Shown: piece by piece, positions 10,348 to 19,400 of the stretch
Numbering within the stretch: the stretch's first letter is position 1
How the letters are laid out: each line of letters begins with the position of its first letter
DNA from: an uncultured Clostridia bacterium
GTDB taxonomy: Bacteria > Bacillota > Clostridia > Christensenellales > UBA1242
Length of the DNA: 64,000 bases
Assembly: GCA_944372585.1 (NCBI GenBank)
Contig: CALVZQ010000001.1
Coordinates: 136,645 to 200,644, forward strand
Direction: 5' to 3'
Made by a program: the position numbers and the translations under genes
Notes under the pieces: generated by a model
Databases searched by the model: none
What the model saw: only the letters and a program-made list of their open reading frames with translations
What the model was told of the DNA's origin: nothing

Positions 10348-11016
10348 ATGAAAAAGAAAATTGCACTTATGCTGATGTTGGTTTGTGTCGGTTTGACCTG
10401 TTTTGCCTGTGGGAAAACGACGGTAAATCATGTCAAGGATAATATGTCAGAACTTTCAAAGGTTTATTATTTTGGAGAAACGGACGGATTTTATTGCTCG
10501 TTGTCTTCTGGACAAAGAGAGAAAGATTATCTTATGAATGGGAAAAGTGGAGCAAGTGTTGATTTTGCCCTCTTAAGCTTGAATTTGACAAATCCTATTC
10601 CTTCAAAGGTAGTCAAGGCGACGGTCACAATTGACGGACAGGCCAGCGAAGTGGAACTTGAAATCAATTCTTTGAACAGTGCTTATTTGGTGGATTTGGA
10701 AAAAGAACTCTCCGGCAATGAACAAATTTCTGTTGCTTATGAAGGGACAACCTTGAATCTTGAGTGTCTTTCTTCAAATTTTGTTGTGGACTACAACAAA
10801 GCTCTTGAAATTGCAAGTACAGAATTGGAAGACAAGATAACTGCAAAGAAAACCTATGCAGGACTCAATGCTGAATGTTATTTGAGAGTTTTGGACAAAA
10901 AAGCAAACAACTTCGATGGTGTTTTCTGGTGTTTTACTGTTTTGAATGTGGACAATGAAAACTATTCAATCATAATTTCAACAGAAGACGGTTCGGTGCT
11001 TGCAAAATCTGAATAA
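10348..11016 (+). CDS. lipoprotein, function unknown
   Basis: Signal peptide MKKKIALMLMLVCVGLTCFAC-GK with a lipobox Cys. GAGG lies 5 nt upstream of the ATG at 10348. Confidence 0.7.
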   Translation: MKKKIALMLMLVCVGLTCFACGKTTVNHVKDNMSELSKVYYFGETDGFYCSLSSGQREKDYLMNGKSGASVDFALLSLNLTNPIPSKVVKATVTIDGQASEVELEINSLNSAYLVDLEKELSGNEQISVAYEGTTLNLECLSSNFVVDYNKALEIASTELEDKITAKKTYAGLNAECYLRVLDKKANNFDGVFWCFTVLNVDNENYSIIISTEDGSVLAKSE

Positions 11017-11034
11017 TACAAAAAATGAGAAATT

Positions 11035-11058
11035 AGGGCTGATTTGCCCTTATTTTTT
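11035..11058 (+). terminator. rho-independent terminator
   Basis: AGGGC (11035-11039) / GCCCT (11046-11050) followed by TATTTTTT. Confidence 0.6.
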
Positions 11059-11070
11059 GTTGTATAGATT

Positions 11071-11098
11071 TTGAATTTGTTCAAAATTTTGGTATAAT
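11071..11098 (+). promoter_or_regulatory. sigma-A-type promoter of hflX
   Basis: TTGAAT (11071-11076), 16-nt spacer, TATAAT (11093-11098). The ATG is 6 nt downstream of the -10 element and there is no SD. Confidence 0.5.
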
Positions 11099-11104
11099 CA
11101 TTTT

Positions 11105-12190
11105 ATGAGTAAGAAAATGCATCAAATTCAAGAAGAAGAAATTGAAAAAGCGATAATTTTTTGTCCAATTGAAAACGACAAAGAAAAAGAATATCAATTT
11201 GCTGAAATAAGCAGATTGTGTTTTTCTGCGGGAATGGAAGTTGTCAAGATTTTCAGTCAGAAAATTGACGCTTTCAACAGAAGAACAATCATGGGGAGTG
11301 GGAAACTTGAAGAGATTAAAGAATTTTTAAGACAAAATCCTTGTGATTGTTTGGTTGTGGATTTTCAGTTGACTGGATCACAACTTAGAAACATTTCCGA
11401 TGAACTTGGAATCAAAGTTTTGGACAGAATTTTGCTTATCATTGACATTTTTGCATTGAATGCCAAGTCAAGTGAAGGAAAAATTGAAGTCAAACTTGCA
11501 CAAAACAAATACCTTTTGACAAGACTTTCTTCTCTGCAAGGAAGTCAAGGAAGGTTTGGTGGAAAGGGCGCCGGTATGCGTGGGCCTGGAGAGACCAAAC
11601 TTGAACTTGATAGAAGAAAACTTGAAAAAGAAATTGTGACCTTGGAAAACGAAATTGAGAAGATTAAAAACAGCAGAAAACAGAACAAAATTTTGAGAGA
11701 AAAGAATGGTATCAAAAGTGTTGTTTTGGGTGGTTACACAAATGCTGGGAAAAGCTCTATTTTCAATTTACTGACAAAAGAAAACATTTATGCAGACGAC
11801 AAATTGTTTGCAACACTAGATACAACCAGTCGCAGATTGTTTCTTGATGACGGCAAGTTTTGTCTGTTGACAGACACTGTTGGATTCATAAGCAAATTGC
11901 CACATGAACTTGTTGAAAGTTTTTCTGCAACTTTGGAAGAAGTTAAGAATGCTGATTTGATTTTGCATGTTGTTGATGTTGCAGATGAGTTCTATAAGAA
12001 GAATATTGAGATCACAAACAAAATTTTGGACGACATTGGTGCAACAGACAATAGGGTGGTTATTTTGAACAAAAGTGATTTGTTGGACAAGCCAATAGAG
12101 ATTGAAAAAAATCAAATTTTGTTTTCTGTCAAGAAAAAAGACAATGTTGAAAAATTGAAAAAATGTATAAAAAATTGTTTAGGGATTTAA
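11105..12190 (+). CDS. hflX: GTPase HflX
   Basis: HflX N-domain followed by G motifs GYTNAGKSS, DTVGF and NKSD. Confidence 0.92.
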   Translation: MSKKMHQIQEEEIEKAIIFCPIENDKEKEYQFAEISRLCFSAGMEVVKIFSQKIDAFNRRTIMGSGKLEEIKEFLRQNPCDCLVVDFQLTGSQLRNISDELGIKVLDRILLIIDIFALNAKSSEGKIEVKLAQNKYLLTRLSSLQGSQGRFGGKGAGMRGPGETKLELDRRKLEKEIVTLENEIEKIKNSRKQNKILREKNGIKSVVLGGYTNAGKSSIFNLLTKENIYADDKLFATLDTTSRRLFLDDGKFCLLTDTVGFISKLPHELVESFSATLEEVKNADLILHVVDVADEFYKKNIEITNKILDDIGATDNRVVILNKSDLLDKPIEIEKNQILFSVKKKDNVEKLKKCIKNCLGI

Positions 12191-12216
12191 AAAAACTGCA
12201 ATTCATGCAGTTTTTT
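12191..12216. terminator. bidirectional terminator between hflX and the DUF1858-like gene
   Basis: AAAAAA-CTGCA-ATTCA-TGCAG-TTTTTT. Confidence 0.7.
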
Positions 12217-12232
12217 GTTTTATTATTTTTTG

Positions 12233-12439
12233 TTATTTGACATTTTCATTGAGTTTTTTAAGCAAAAATTCAGTGTCAACACCATGAACGGCGCTTGCCT
12301 CTTCAATGGTTTCCATTTGACTTACTGGACAGGCTACGCAGTGCATGCCAAAGCCAAGGAATATTTCTGCCAAGTTTTCGTCAATTGAAAGAACTTCGCC
12401 AATTGTCATATCTTTTGTGATTACTTTTTTCTTTTTCAT
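12233..12439 (-). CDS. DUF1858-like small protein (hybrid-cluster-protein-associated redox disulfide family)
   Basis: 68 aa. TIGEVL...FLGFGMHCVACPVSQMETIEEA pattern. Confidence 0.65.
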   Translation of the reverse strand: MKKKKVITKDMTIGEVLSIDENLAEIFLGFGMHCVACPVSQMETIEEASAVHGVDTEFLLKKLNENVK

Positions 12440-12627
12440 ATTTTCTCATCTCCTAGTGCAAATATTCTATCATAGTTTCTTGCAAAAGTCAAAATGTTTG
12501 TTGATGCTTTGGTTTTGAAATTATAAGATTTTGCTTATTGTTGTTGAAAATTGGAGAATATTGAGATTTTTGGAAATGTTTTTCTATTTTTGGAAATGCT
12601 TGCATACATAAATGTAAGGAGTTTGTT

Positions 12628-13293
12628 GTGGATAATATTTCTAAAATTGTTTTGTCACAGACCAGTGGAGAGGTTGTGGGTTATATTTTGGATATTGCAA
12701 TGGATTTTCAAGAGTTTGTGATCAGGGGTTATTATGTTGTTGACGAAGAAACTGAAAGTGAAATGTTTTTGAAAAGAGAAGACATCGTTGCTGCAAGTGA
12801 TTTTGCAATTATGATTGAAGATGTGTCCAAACTTGAGTTTTCTTCAAATCGTCCAAAATCTTTGATTGGAAGATTTGTTTTTGATGATAGAGGGGTATTC
12901 TTGGGCAAAATTGTCAGTTTGAGATTTCACAAAAGCAAATTAGAAAAAATTTTGACCGATAAGTGTGAAATTTTGACCCGCCACATCAAAAGCATTGGCA
13001 ACGATGTTGTTATGGCCGAATTCAAGAAAAAAAGAAAATCACAGACTAGAAGAGAGTTTCCAAAACCTCGTGGAGATGTTTTGGTGCAAATTCAATCTTC
13101 TCAAAGTTTGACCATGCCAGAGAAAGTGACGTTGTCTTCAAGTTTTTATGTTGGCAAGGTTGTTGGAGAAGATATCTTTGGATATAACAACGAGAGAATA
13201 ATCTCCAAAGGAGAAACTATTTCAAAGAATGTCGTTGCGAAGGCAAAAAAACATAATCGATTAAATCAATTGTTTTTTGCAATAAAAAGATAA
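12628..13293 (+). CDS. hypothetical protein, possibly PRC-barrel-like
   Basis: GTG start with AAGGAG upstream. Two segments of the form G-x-V-V/L-G-x-I-x-D resemble YlmC/YmxH PRC barrels. This is a weak call. Confidence 0.4.
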   Translation: MDNISKIVLSQTSGEVVGYILDIAMDFQEFVIRGYYVVDEETESEMFLKREDIVAASDFAIMIEDVSKLEFSSNRPKSLIGRFVFDDRGVFLGKIVSLRFHKSKLEKILTDKCEILTRHIKSIGNDVVMAEFKKKRKSQTRREFPKPRGDVLVQIQSSQSLTMPEKVTLSSSFYVGKVVGEDIFGYNNERIISKGETISKNVVAKAKKHNRLNQLFFAIKR

Positions 13294-13689
13294 TAATTCT
13301 TAAATTAAAAAACTAATAAAAAATATTAAAAAAATGCAAAAAAAACTGTTTTTTTGTGTTTTTTCGATATTTTATGAATGTTTTTAAGTTTTTGCCAGAT
13401 ATTTATTTTGATTTGATTTAACATTAATTAAATTATTCTCGGCGAAAATTAATTCATTATTTTATATTTATTTTTGAAAAAATTCAATAAAAGTCCGAGA
13501 GAATATATTTTATTAATATATTGTCATTTTTTTATTTAATTTATTTGTATTTTTGAATCCATTTGTAGTATCATAATATCAAGAAAGAAACAAGACAAAA
13601 TGTGAGTGGTTGTTATTTGTTTTTCTTGGCGTGGAAATGTTTGTCAGAAATGGGTGTTTCTTTGTTAATTTTGGAGCGAGAGGGGAAAT

Positions 13690-16389
13690 ATGGTTAGAGT
13701 CATTCCTAGAAAGACAAAGGTTAGATCAGAATTTTTCAGGGGTGTTACAGGTCTTGATATTCTGCTTGGTTTTATTTTTGTGGTTATTGCCATTATTTTG
13801 TTTATGGCAAATTTCGAGTTGCATATTTGGATCGGCATTGCTTGGTGTATTATTGCAATTTCAATGTTTTTGAAATTTGCTGATGACACGCGTTTTTACA
13901 ATACGTTGGTCTTTTTGCTTCGCTATTCTGTTCAGAAGAAAAAGTTTTCGAAAGGTGACGGAGAAAAGAAAAAGTCTGATATCAATGAAATGATCGCTTA
14001 TGAAAGCATATATCAGGATAGGTTTATCAACTTTGGACAATATTATGCACAAGTGATTGAGATTCAACCTATGTTTTTCACTTTGCTTACAGAATATTAT
14101 CAAGACAACGTCATTGAAAGTTTTGCTAATGCTCTTAGAAGATTGAGTGGAGATCAATCTTGTTCTATTGTCAAAATAAGCAAACCGATGATTTTGGATA
14201 GATACATATACAACGAAAACCACAAATATGATGTTTTGTATGACATGCAATATGATGGTCAGATTTCACAAAAGGAAATTGATGCAAGAGCGCCGATTTT
14301 TGAAGAGAGAGTTTCTTTGTACGAATTCATGAATCGCCAATCAAAAATTTTTAAAGACCACTTTTATTTGGTTGTCTATGACAAAGATATGGAAATCTTG
14401 GAAAATACAACTTCCGGTATGATCAATGCCATGGCTTCTTCTTTGAATCCAATTATTGCACGAAAATTGGAAGGTCCAGATTTGGTTGTTTTTTTGAAAG
14501 CAAATTTGGGCAAAAACTTTGATGAAAGAGATTTGGAAATTATCCCAATTTCTGAGTATGTAAACTGGGCGACGCCAGACAAAATCAAATTTAACATTGC
14601 TCGATATTTTGTTGATGATCAGTGTTATCGTTGTTACAATTTGATTGATTATCCTTTGCAAGTGGGAAATGCTTGGGGAGCACAATTTTTCCTTTTGGAC
14701 AGAACAAAAGTTGTTATGAAATTTTCTCCTATTCCAAAAATGCAATCCGAGAGACAGATTGACCGTGCAATCATGGAGATGGAAGCAAAACTATATAAAG
14801 TTGGAAGAAGTTCTGCACAAATTGAACTTCAGACACACCTTGAAACATTGAGAGATTTGTTGGTTAATTTGAAAAACAACAATCAACAATTGTTTAATGT
14901 AAACACATATGTTGTTGCTGAAGATGCGGCAAAAAAAGATGTCAGGGCAATGCTTAAGCAACAAGGCTTTAAATATTCCGAACTTTTCTCAAGGCAAATT
15001 GATGGATTTATTTCATCAAATATTTCAAAAAGAGATTCGTTTAAGAACAACATGAGAGGAATCCCAACTTCAACTCTGGCAGCAACTTTTCCTTTTATTT
15101 CCAACTCTTTGCAAGATCCTAATGGAATCTATATTGGTGATAATGAATATCCTGTTTTCGTTGATTTCTTCAAAAGAGACAGGGAGAGAGTCAATTCAAA
15201 CATGATGGTTATTGGAAAATCTGGTTCGGGAAAGAGTTATGCGACAAAAACATTGTTGACCAATTTGGCCGCAGACAACTGCAAGATTTTCATTCTTGAC
15301 CCAGAAAACGAATATCAAGATTTGACGAGAAACTTGGGTGGAAAATTTATTGATGTTGGGTCTTCAATTCATGGAATTATAAATCCTTTCCACGTTATAT
15401 CTTCTTTGGAAGCATCAGAAGATGATGAGGAAGAAGAGGAGGAAGAAGAATATGATGCGTTTGGAAGGAAAATTGAAAAGAAAAAAGTTGAAGAAAAGAA
15501 AACTGATGACTCTTTTCCTCAACACTTGCAATTCTTAGAGCAATTTTTCAGGGTTATTTTGGAAGGTATTAATGCTGATGCTTTTGAGGTTCTAAACTCT
15601 CTGATTATTGATATGTATAAAGAATTTGGCATCAATTACAAAACAAATCTTGCAAAACTTAAACCAGAAGATTATCCAACTTTTGATGCTCTTTATGATC
15701 TGATTTTGAGAAGAATCAAGACGGCAAAAGATGAATTTTCTTTGAGAAACTTGATGACTGTTGAAACTTATATCAAAAAGTTTGCAACGGGTGGAAGAAA
15801 CAGCTCTTTGTGGAATGGTCCAACATCTATTGAAACAAACGAAAATTTTGTTACATTCAACTTCCAATCTCTTGTTGCGGGAAATAACCCAACTGTTACA
15901 AACGCGCAAATGCTTTTGGTTTTCAGATATTTGAACAATGAAATCATCAACAATAAAGATTTCAACAAAAAATATCGTAAAAACAGAAAGATTATTGTTG
16001 CAGTTGATGAGGCTCACATTTTCATCAACCCTAAGTATCCTATCGCTTTGGACTTTATGGCACAAATGGCAAAGCGTATCAGAAAATATGGTGGTATGCA
16101 AATTATCATCACTCAGAATATTTCCGACTTTGTTGGAACAGAAGAAATCAGACGTCAGTCTACTGCGGTTATTAATGCTTGTCAATATTCTCTCATTTTC
16201 TCCCTTGCTCCAGCAGATATCAATGACCTTGTTCAGTTGTATGAAAAATCTGGTGGTATCAATGCAGAAGAACAAAATTCCATTGTCACCGCTGGGGTTG
16301 GTCAAGCCTTTTTGATCACGAGTCCAACTGCAAGAACAACCGTTCAGATCATTGCTCAAGATTATGTGAAACAACTGTTTGGCGGTTAA
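13690..16389 (+). CDS. virB4: VirB4/TrsE-family type IV secretion ATPase with a fused N-terminal VirB3/PrgI-like membrane hairpin
   Basis: GAGGGG SD. The N-terminus (IPRKTKVRSEFFRGVTGLDILLGFIFVVIAIILF...IWIGIAWCIIAISMF) has two TM helices. A VirB4 N-domain follows, then Walker A GKSGSGKS (15214-15237), ILDPENEY, INPF, Walker B VAVDEAH and TQNISDF. Confidence 0.85.
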   Translation: MVRVIPRKTKVRSEFFRGVTGLDILLGFIFVVIAIILFMANFELHIWIGIAWCIIAISMFLKFADDTRFYNTLVFLLRYSVQKKKFSKGDGEKKKSDINEMIAYESIYQDRFINFGQYYAQVIEIQPMFFTLLTEYYQDNVIESFANALRRLSGDQSCSIVKISKPMILDRYIYNENHKYDVLYDMQYDGQISQKEIDARAPIFEERVSLYEFMNRQSKIFKDHFYLVVYDKDMEILENTTSGMINAMASSLNPIIARKLEGPDLVVFLKANLGKNFDERDLEIIPISEYVNWATPDKIKFNIARYFVDDQCYRCYNLIDYPLQVGNAWGAQFFLLDRTKVVMKFSPIPKMQSERQIDRAIMEMEAKLYKVGRSSAQIELQTHLETLRDLLVNLKNNNQQLFNVNTYVVAEDAAKKDVRAMLKQQGFKYSELFSRQIDGFISSNISKRDSFKNNMRGIPTSTLAATFPFISNSLQDPNGIYIGDNEYPVFVDFFKRDRERVNSNMMVIGKSGSGKSYATKTLLTNLAADNCKIFILDPENEYQDLTRNLGGKFIDVGSSIHGIINPFHVISSLEASEDDEEEEEEEEYDAFGRKIEKKKVEEKKTDDSFPQHLQFLEQFFRVILEGINADAFEVLNSLIIDMYKEFGINYKTNLAKLKPEDYPTFDALYDLILRRIKTAKDEFSLRNLMTVETYIKKFATGGRNSSLWNGPTSIETNENFVTFNFQSLVAGNNPTVTNAQMLLVFRYLNNEIINNKDFNKKYRKNRKIIVAVDEAHIFINPKYPIALDFMAQMAKRIRKYGGMQIIITQNISDFVGTEEIRRQSTAVINACQYSLIFSLAPADINDLVQLYEKSGGINAEEQNSIVTAGVGQAFLITSPTARTTVQIIAQDYVKQLFGG

Positions 16390-16487
16390 ACGATAATATT
16401 TTGAAATTTGCTTGAGTTAGATTCATTTGAAATGCTTTTAAGTGTTCTTATATTAAAATAAAAGAGAATAAAATTAAAAGGAAATCT

Positions 16488-19400
16488 ATGACAAAAGTTT
16501 TGAAAAACATTTTAATAAGTTTGTGTGGTATGTTTGCATTTTTGTTTGCAGGTTTCTTTTTTGTTGGTTGCTCTGTTGATTACAGCAAAATATCCTTGGT
16601 TTCGGACAGGCAGTCAGTTGAATTGATTGTTGGTCAAAGTGTTGATATCACTTTGACTATTGAGAATTATCAAAATGGCTTCAGCAACAAGATTCAAGTC
16701 AATCCAAGGGCTGATGGTCAAACTGCAGTGTTTGATGTTTCTGAGCCTGTCTATGTCAGCGACAATGAAATCAGGGTGACTGTCACAGGTGTTGCAGGTG
16801 GACATGGTGAACTGTTTGTCAAAACTCTTGAAGCTGGGAAAGAATGTGTTGTTGATGTCTATGTTGAACAATGGTCTTCCTCAATGGAATTTGACAACAG
16901 CACATTGTATGTTTCAAACAAAACTCCATTTGTCCCGAATTCTGGTTTGTTTATTTTTGACAATAATACAACTTATAAAGAATTGTCATATTATTATCTG
17001 CAATTTAACGGCGAATTTAATGTCAACACATACAGTTTGACAGAATTAAGTTTTGAAGAAAATTTGGCGATGTTCTCTGACGGAGTCAACAGTGTCAGTG
17101 CAAGCATACAGCAGTTTGATCAAGTTAATTTGGTTAAGAATGAAACTAATTCTTTGGTGTTGAGTTTGGACGGTGTTGAAACAGAAGTTGAGTTGCAAAG
17201 CGAGTTTTTGTTTTTGGCAGTGTATGATTATTCAATAGACAATGAAGATTATGAAGAAATTGTCTATGATGTTGCAACTGTTTATGTTCTGCCTGATATT
17301 AATGCAAATATCACGGGTGGGTATATGGACATTGGCACAGGAATGGTGACTTTTGCGCCTATTGAGGATGAAAAAATAGTTATTGTTCCAAACAACAACC
17401 ATATGAGCCAATATGTTTTGAAAGTTGAGATGGAAAACTCAATTGCAAACTCACCATTGAAAATGAATAAATTTCAGTCTAATGATTATGTTGATATAGA
17501 TTTTTATGACTACCAATATGACGAAGAAGAGGACAAAACGGTCTATTATTTGAAAATTTCACAAAATGCACAAACGCAAGCAACAACGGACTTGTTTTTT
17601 GAAATCTTTTATGATATTGCTCAAGGCTTGGAAGATGAAAGCGTCAATGCAAGAGCAGACTTTTCAATTGATATTCAAATTGCACCGACCGGTTTGACCG
17701 TCAATGGAACGCCAGAACCAGATCGCTTGATTTTGTATAATTATTATCGATACCCAGAATTTGGTTGGAATGAATTATTGATCAATGTTATTTCGGGTTA
17801 CTCTTCTTCTCCAAATTTTGATGGGGTCTATCTGACATTTGATGAAACATATTTAGATGTTACATACAAGAATATCACAGTAAGTTCTGGCGATTCGCGA
17901 CTTTACACAGATTTAACCACACCTTTCTACATAAGAGGCAAGTATGGAACAAATCAAATTTCCAATCTTGTTGTGACCGTTCATTTGAAAAGTGATATCA
18001 TGCAGGACAGAGATGAGATCACTGTTGATATCAATTGCAGCATTATTGCCGGAGCGACATCAATTACGGTTGATGAAGAATACGACGACAACTATTTTTA
18101 TTTGGATTATTACGGCGGAAGTCAGAATTTTGCTTCACAAATTTATGCTGACCATGCTTTTCAATATTCAATTTACACATTTTTAAGTGGGGTTGATGTC
18201 TTGAACATTGACACAAATGATGATGCTCCTTACACAGAAGTTGACAACAGATTCTATCTAAATTTGACTCTCACACCGAGACTTACTGGGGTGGGAGTGT
18301 ATAGAGTTTATCTTGATAATGGTATGCCTATTGATTTGACTTTTAATGTTATCAGAACTCTATCTTCTGACACTACCACCATTCAACTGACAAATGAAGG
18401 AAATGAGGCAGTGACAGAATCGTATTATAGCATAGAAAATGATGCCGATTTTGAAAACACTCTCAATATTGAAATTTTGAATCCCTCCACAAAAACTGGA
18501 GCGACATTTGGTAATGTTGCACAATTTACAATTTCCGCTAATGTAAACTCTGACGGTATTAGGTATATTCAAAATGAAAATAGTTATGTCTCCATTGCAA
18601 AAATCAATGACATCTATAGAATCTCCACTCTTGACAATGGAATGACGCAAATCGTATTCACTCTAACCGGTCTTGCGGTGGAAAATTTTGAGACAAACAC
18701 AGAAGAATTAAATCTTTATGTCAATGTAAGTTCCTATTCATTGGTTGATGAGTTTTACATGAGAAACGGTGATAATTATGCATTAAACAACACTGTTTAT
18801 TATGTTACTGGAAACGTCACTGGTGTTTTGCAAGAAGAAGATGAGTCCGCAACTTTGACACCAGTTGTAAATTATGTTGAGTCCATGAATTTTTATCAAT
18901 ATTTCTTCTTGGAAGAGGCATTTGTTGACATTTTTGAAAATGCCATTGAAAGCAACGGAGAATTTATTTACACACTAAACAACAATCAAATTTATACTGA
19001 AATTGTTTATGAAAAATATAATAGAAAATTCATATACTTCAATACACAAATTATCTATTCGAATGACGGAAACAGTTCTTATGCAACTGCTTCGACTGTG
19101 ACTGAAGTTACGGTGACAAAACGATCTGCAACTGATGATCAGCCACAAACAAAGACAATTATGCTTGTGTTGACCAATGGACTTATGTTTTTGGCGAGTG
19201 ACTTTGAGTATGTGGAAAGAAACGCAGCTGGAACGGTTGTTGCAACCTATAGTGTAGAGTTTTCCAATGTCTTTTCAATTGGCACATATGGTTCTTTTGA
19301 CATGGACAGTTTCACATACACAAACAATATGCCGGCAGTTTATAACCTTTCTTTGAGTGCTAATCTTAGACAAAGAAACTCAACAAGAAAATATGACTGT

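Noticed and set aside
13610-13889. Short ORFs (87 aa on +, 74 aa on -) overlapping the virB4 leader and start.
   Set aside because: The + ORF starts with TTG, has no SD and overlaps the SD-led VirB4 start out of frame. The - ORF is antisense to the TM-hairpin coding region. Both are hydrophobic artefacts of T-rich sequence.
15418-15450. The GAA/GAG purine tract as a possible intergenic repeat or CRISPR-like feature.
   Set aside because: It is in frame inside the VirB4-like CDS and encodes a poly-Glu/Asp run. There is no spacer-repeat periodicity. No CRISPR array is visible anywhere in the window.
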